From the NCBI GenBank assembly GCA_964482955.1, contig CAYZZW010000001.1, forward strand, positions 95,780-159,779: a DNA stretch of 64,000 nucleotides. Reading direction: 5' to 3'. The DNA comes from an uncultured Treponemataceae bacterium. Lineage in GTDB: Bacteria > Spirochaetota > Spirochaetia > Treponematales > UBA12059. Numbering within the stretch: position 1 is the first letter of the stretch; each line of letters starts with the position of its first letter. The notes beneath the pieces were generated by a model. That model searched no databases, was not told where the DNA came from, and saw only the letters and a list, made by a program, of their open reading frames with translations. The position numbers and the translations under genes were made by a program. Positions 60,254-64,000 of the stretch are shown here, one piece after another.

Positions 60254-60866
60254 GACCGCGCTCGCGGCGGCGCTCCTGGCCGTCGCCGTCTCGGCGTTCG
60301 CGCAGACGAAGCCGGACGCCCTCAGGTCGTACCTGAACGGCCGCTACGAGGAAGCCCGCGTCATCTGCCTGTCCGAGATCGACAAGGATCCCCGCAACCT
60401 CGAGTCGTACGTCGTGCTGTCGTGGAGCCTCGTGGCCTTGGGCAAGTACTCGGACGCCGAGCTGTACGCGCGCAAGGCCTACGACACGATCCGCAAGGAT
60501 CCCCGAATCATCGAAACCCTCGGCGAGGCGGCGTATTTCCTCGGCAAGAACGACGACGCGCTCCGCTGGTTCCAGACGTACATCAACGTCCTGCCGGAGG
60601 GCGCGCGGATCAACCTCGTCTACTACTACATGGGCGAAGTCTTCATCCGCTCCGGCAAGTACAACCGCGCGGACATCGCGATCCGCACGGCGCTCCAGTT
60701 CACGCCGAACAACGCGCTCTGGTGGGCGCGGCTCGGCTACGCGCGCGAAAAGACCGGCGAGCTCCGCTACGCGCTCGAAGCGTACGAGCGGGCGCTGTCA
60801 TACAACCCGCAGCTCTCCGACGCGGCGCTCGGCAAGGAGCGCGTTTCCCGGGAGCTCGGCCTCTAG
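60240..60866 (+). CDS. secreted tetratricopeptide repeat protein
   Basis: A 208-aa ORF with signal peptide LAAALLAVAVSAFA-QT. TPR units are present (YEEARVICL, ALGKYSDAELYARKAY, SGKYNRADIAIRTAL, ALEAYERAL). It overlaps the end of the bactofilin gene. Confidence 0.75.
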   Translation: MTSARTALAAALLAVAVSAFAQTKPDALRSYLNGRYEEARVICLSEIDKDPRNLESYVVLSWSLVALGKYSDAELYARKAYDTIRKDPRIIETLGEAAYFLGKNDDALRWFQTYINVLPEGARINLVYYYMGEVFIRSGKYNRADIAIRTALQFTPNNALWWARLGYAREKTGELRYALEAYERALSYNPQLSDAALGKERVSRELGL

Positions 60867-62279
60867 ATGTCCTTTTCCGCCCGGTTCCGCACCTTCGGGT
60901 GCAAACTCAACCAGATCGAGACCGAATCGCTCGAAGCCGCCTTCGCGAAGGCCGGCTTCGACGTGGTCGCGCGCGGCGCGGCGTCGGCGTACGTGGTCAA
61001 CACCTGCACGGTGACGAGCATGGCCGAGCAGAAGGCCAGGCGCGAAATCCGCCAGTTCCTCCGCGAGTCGCCGGAGGGCGTGGTCGTGGTCACGGGCTGC
61101 TACGCTTCCGTGTCGGAAGCGGACGTGACCGCGCTCGGCCCCCGCGTGGTCGTCGTACCCGGCGGCTTCAAGTCGGCGGTGCACGCGCTCGCGCACGACC
61201 TGGCCGAAGCCCTGTCGAAGGGGCTCGACCCCTTCGACGCCGCCCGCGCCTTCGTGGACGCCGCCCGCGGCCGCCCGGTCGATCCCTTCGCCTTCGCCCC
61301 GGAACGCTTTTCCTTCCATTCGCGCGCGTCGCTCAAGGTCGAGGACGGCTGCGACAACCGCTGCGCGTATTGCCGCGTCTGCATCGCGCGGGGGAACGCC
61401 GTGTCGCTCGATCCGGACACCGCCGTGGCGCGAGCGCGGGAGCTCGAGGCCACGGGCGCGCGCGAGATAGTCCTCACCGGCGTGAACTTGAGCCAGTACC
61501 GACACGGGAAGCTCGGCTTCGCCGGCCTCGTGGCGAAGCTGGCCGAGGGCACGGAGCGGGTCCGTTTCCGGATTTCCTCGTGGGAACCGGACAAGGCCGA
61601 CGACGAATTCCTGGCCGCCTTCGCCCATCCGCGCGTCTGCGCGCACGTCCATCTGTCGGCACAGTCGGGCAGCGATTCGGTCCTCGCCCGAATGGGGCGG
61701 CGCTACGATTCGGCGCTCCTGGCGGACGCCATCGCCAAGATCAGGCAAGTCAAGGGCGATCCCTTCATCGGTTTCGACGCCATCGCGGGCTTTCCCGGCG
61801 AGACGGACGCCGAAGCCGCGGAGAGCGCCGCGTTTTTTAAAGAAGCCGAACCGGCGTGGATCCACGCCTTCGTGTTTTCACCCAGGCCCGGCACGCGGGC
61901 GGATTCGATGAAACCGCGGGTACCGGAGCGGATAGCGACGGAACGGGCGCGGGCCTTGGCCGAGATCGGAAGGGCCGGACGGATGACCTACGCCCGCCGC
62001 TGGATCGGAAAGACGCTCGACGCCATCGTCGAAGGCGCTGGCGAAGCCGACGAAGACGACGCGCCGCCCGCGGGCGCCGACCCCATCGGATCCGACACGT
62101 CACGACCGGGCTGCCGCCTGGCGCTTTCGGACAACTACCTCCGCCTGGCCATCCCCGACCGGAAGCCGGACGGCTCGACCCCGAAACCGGGAACTCTCGA
62201 ACGCTTCCGCGCGCTGGACGCGGCGGGCGACGGCTCGGGGCGGCCGGGCACCCCGGATCTTTCGGCGTGTTTTACCTGA
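60867..62279 (+). CDS. mtaB: radical SAM methylthiotransferase, MtaB-like (tRNA t6A37 methylthiolation)
   Basis: A 470-aa ORF. The UPF0004 N-domain is TFGCKLNQIETESL, the radical SAM motif is CDNRCAYCRV, and a TRAM-like C-terminus follows. The ATG directly follows the upstream TAG. Confidence 0.8.
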   Translation: MSFSARFRTFGCKLNQIETESLEAAFAKAGFDVVARGAASAYVVNTCTVTSMAEQKARREIRQFLRESPEGVVVVTGCYASVSEADVTALGPRVVVVPGGFKSAVHALAHDLAEALSKGLDPFDAARAFVDAARGRPVDPFAFAPERFSFHSRASLKVEDGCDNRCAYCRVCIARGNAVSLDPDTAVARARELEATGAREIVLTGVNLSQYRHGKLGFAGLVAKLAEGTERVRFRISSWEPDKADDEFLAAFAHPRVCAHVHLSAQSGSDSVLARMGRRYDSALLADAIAKIRQVKGDPFIGFDAIAGFPGETDAEAAESAAFFKEAEPAWIHAFVFSPRPGTRADSMKPRVPERIATERARALAEIGRAGRMTYARRWIGKTLDAIVEGAGEADEDDAPPAGADPIGSDTSRPGCRLALSDNYLRLAIPDRKPDGSTPKPGTLERFRALDAAGDGSGRPGTPDLSACFT

Positions 62280-62379
62280 CGCGCGCGCTACAGTACTATA
62301 CAAAGGGGATGTGTCCCCATCGCGCGAAGGCGGAAGCGTCGGAATCGCCATACGCGCGGAAAAGGAACGGACGATCGGC

Positions 62380-63507
62380 ATGAAACGGCTCGCGTGTTTC
62401 GCCACAGGCATACTTCTCGCGGCCCTCGCGGGCGCCCAGAGCGCGGTCTTTCCCGCGTTCCGCCCCCGCGACGCCCGCTCCGTCGCCGTGGCCGACGTCT
62501 TCCGCTCGGTGTCCTCCGGCACCGACTCGTTTTTCGGGAATCCCGCCGGCTACATCGGCGCCGACCGCGACATCCTCGTCTTCGGCGCCCAGTCGTGGGC
62601 GTACGCGCGCGGATCCGAAGCCCTCGTCGGCATGCTCCCGAAGGCGCTCGACGGCGGGACGATGTCCGCCCCCGGCGACGACTTCCGCGGCTTCGGGCTC
62701 GGCTTCAAGCTGGGCGCGGGCTACGCCGGACGCGGCGTCGGGCTCGGGCTGTTCGTCGGTCGCGATTCCTACACGGCGCGGGACGATTCCGAGGAATCCA
62801 CCGCGGACGCGATCTTCTGCGGCGTGTTCGGCGCCGCCATCCCCGTCGACGTGCCCCTGGGAAAGCTGCGCTTCGGCGCCGATATCCGGCCGTTCTACCG
62901 CCTGCGCGGCGCGACGGACCCGGCCGCGGTCGACGCCTTCGCCGCGTCGGGCGGCGACTACGACGACCTGCTCGGCGGCACTCGGGCGCTGTCCGGCGTC
63001 GGCGTCGCCCTCAACGCGGGCCTTATCTGGGACGTCGACGACGCGTTCGCGGTCGGCTTCATGGCCCGCGACATCTCGCCGAGCTTCCCCGTCGTGGAAT
63101 CCACGGTGGACGAACGCCTCGGCTCGCTGTTCGGCGCCGAAGACGGGGACTTCCCGAAGGCCGGCACCGCCCTCCTCGAACCCGACATCGCGCTGGGCGT
63201 CTCCTGGCGGCCCGTTCCGGCGGGCGCGCTCCGCGACCGCGTCGATCCGCGCGTCGGCGCGGAGTTCGGCGAACTGTACGCCCTCGTCACCGGCGCGGGC
63301 GGCTTTTTCGATTCGCTTTCGGTCGGGGCCGAAGTCACCCTCGCCAAGACCCTGGCGCTCCGCGCCGGCCTCAACGGCGGACGACCGTCGTTCGGCGTCG
63401 GGCTCAGGCTGCTCGCGCTCGACCTCGACGCGGCGGTGTTTTCGCTGTCGCAAGGCGGGGACGAGCGCGCGGGACTCGCGGTCCGCGCCAACGTCCGGCT
63501 GCAGTAG
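62380..63507 (+). CDS. hypothetical outer-membrane beta-barrel protein
   Basis: Based on ORF 62311..63507, with the start at ATG 62380 (MKRLACFATGILLAALAGA-QS). It has Gly/Ala/aromatic alternating strands and ends AVRANVRLQ. Confidence 0.55.
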   Translation: MKRLACFATGILLAALAGAQSAVFPAFRPRDARSVAVADVFRSVSSGTDSFFGNPAGYIGADRDILVFGAQSWAYARGSEALVGMLPKALDGGTMSAPGDDFRGFGLGFKLGAGYAGRGVGLGLFVGRDSYTARDDSEESTADAIFCGVFGAAIPVDVPLGKLRFGADIRPFYRLRGATDPAAVDAFAASGGDYDDLLGGTRALSGVGVALNAGLIWDVDDAFAVGFMARDISPSFPVVESTVDERLGSLFGAEDGDFPKAGTALLEPDIALGVSWRPVPAGALRDRVDPRVGAEFGELYALVTGAGGFFDSLSVGAEVTLAKTLALRAGLNGGRPSFGVGLRLLALDLDAAVFSLSQGGDERAGLAVRANVRLQ

Positions 63508-63638
63508 CGCGACATGACGCGGGCGCCCGCAGACCGCCATTTGGCGGGCAAGACGGACGGCGTTCGTGCCGATACTATCGAATGGGATCGATACGGGCCG
63601 CGGCGCGCCACCAGGGCGACCGCCCCGGGAGGTACGCG

Positions 63639-64000
63639 ATGAAACGGAGCCTAGTGGCAGCGATGGCGGTCGCGTTGGCGGTCGCCACGTCCTGCCAGGA
63701 CTTTTTCACGAACTCGCTCGGGACCTTCGCCGCGCGCGACAAGTACGACCTGGACAAGGTCACGGAGAGTCAGGCGCTCGACATCGCCTCGATCGCGTAC
63801 GCGAACCGCGACGCCGCCCTGGCGCGCGCCCTGCTGCCGCGCATGGCCGAACTCGTCGCGGACGACGCGGACGACCCGACGCTGCTCGTCGCCGCGCTCC
63901 GCGTCGCGAACCTGGCGAGCGGAATCGACGACGCCATCGCGGACGCGATGGCGGAAATCGGTTTCGCGGTTCTGACCGGCGGCGACCTCGACCCGTCGTA
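63639..64000 (+). CDS. hypothetical lipoprotein (partial; continues past the right edge)
   Basis: ATG 63639 lies 7 nt after GGGAGG. My translation is MKRSLVAAMAVALAVATSCQDFFTNSLG.. (lipobox VATSC). The frame is open to position 64000, so it is absent from the ORF track. Confidence 0.6.
   Translation, partial: MKRSLVAAMAVALAVATSCQDFFTNSLGTFAARDKYDLDKVTESQALDIASIAYANRDAALARALLPRMAELVADDADDPTLLVAALRVANLASGIDDAIADAMAEIGFAVLTGGDLDPS

Overview
This is a GC-rich (about two-thirds G+C by eye, not computed) chromosomal segment from an anaerobic, chemotactic, diderm bacterium. The gene content suggests a spirochete-like lineage: a Rpn / PD-(D/E)XK 'putative transposase' of the type expanded in Treponema denticola, an Msp-like porin, a bactofilin, four MCPs, several c-di-GMP enzymes, and rubrerythrin/SOR/rubredoxin. 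I cannot confirm that lineage without a database search. I support 53 protein-coding genes and 2 tRNAs (Val-CAC, Phe-GAA). Two of the genes are missing from the ORF track: a 53-aa rubredoxin, and an edge-truncated paralog. I also call a set of sigma70-type promoters and intrinsic terminators. Most of the very long ORFs in the track are Arg/Gly/Asp-rich antisense or out-of-frame artefacts of the high GC content. I found no CRISPR array, prophage, IS element or classical defence island. The unusual feature is the intergenic space, which is filled with at least five mosaic families of structured repeats. (S) is a ~170-240 nt multi-helix element with compensatory stem changes around an invariant GCGAGAGTACTCGC apical module. 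It has 6 copies, which bracket the Rpn gene and abut stop codons. (H) is a family of CACGAAG/CTTCGTG foldback elements that mostly face start codons. (K) is a double-hairpin element built around GTCAAAAATC...GATTTTTGAC. (P) is the 13-bp palindrome GGTGCCTGGCACC, found in arrays, one of which has expanded in frame inside an MBL-fold gene. The fifth family is a terminator-linked direct repeat on both sides of putP. At least 7 genes carry a -10 box ending 6-10 nt before the ATG with no Shine-Dalgarno, which suggests leaderless mRNAs. Coordinates that I counted by hand, rather than took from the ORF track, may be off by 1-2 nt. All domain names come from recognising motifs by eye, not from HMM or BLAST runs.
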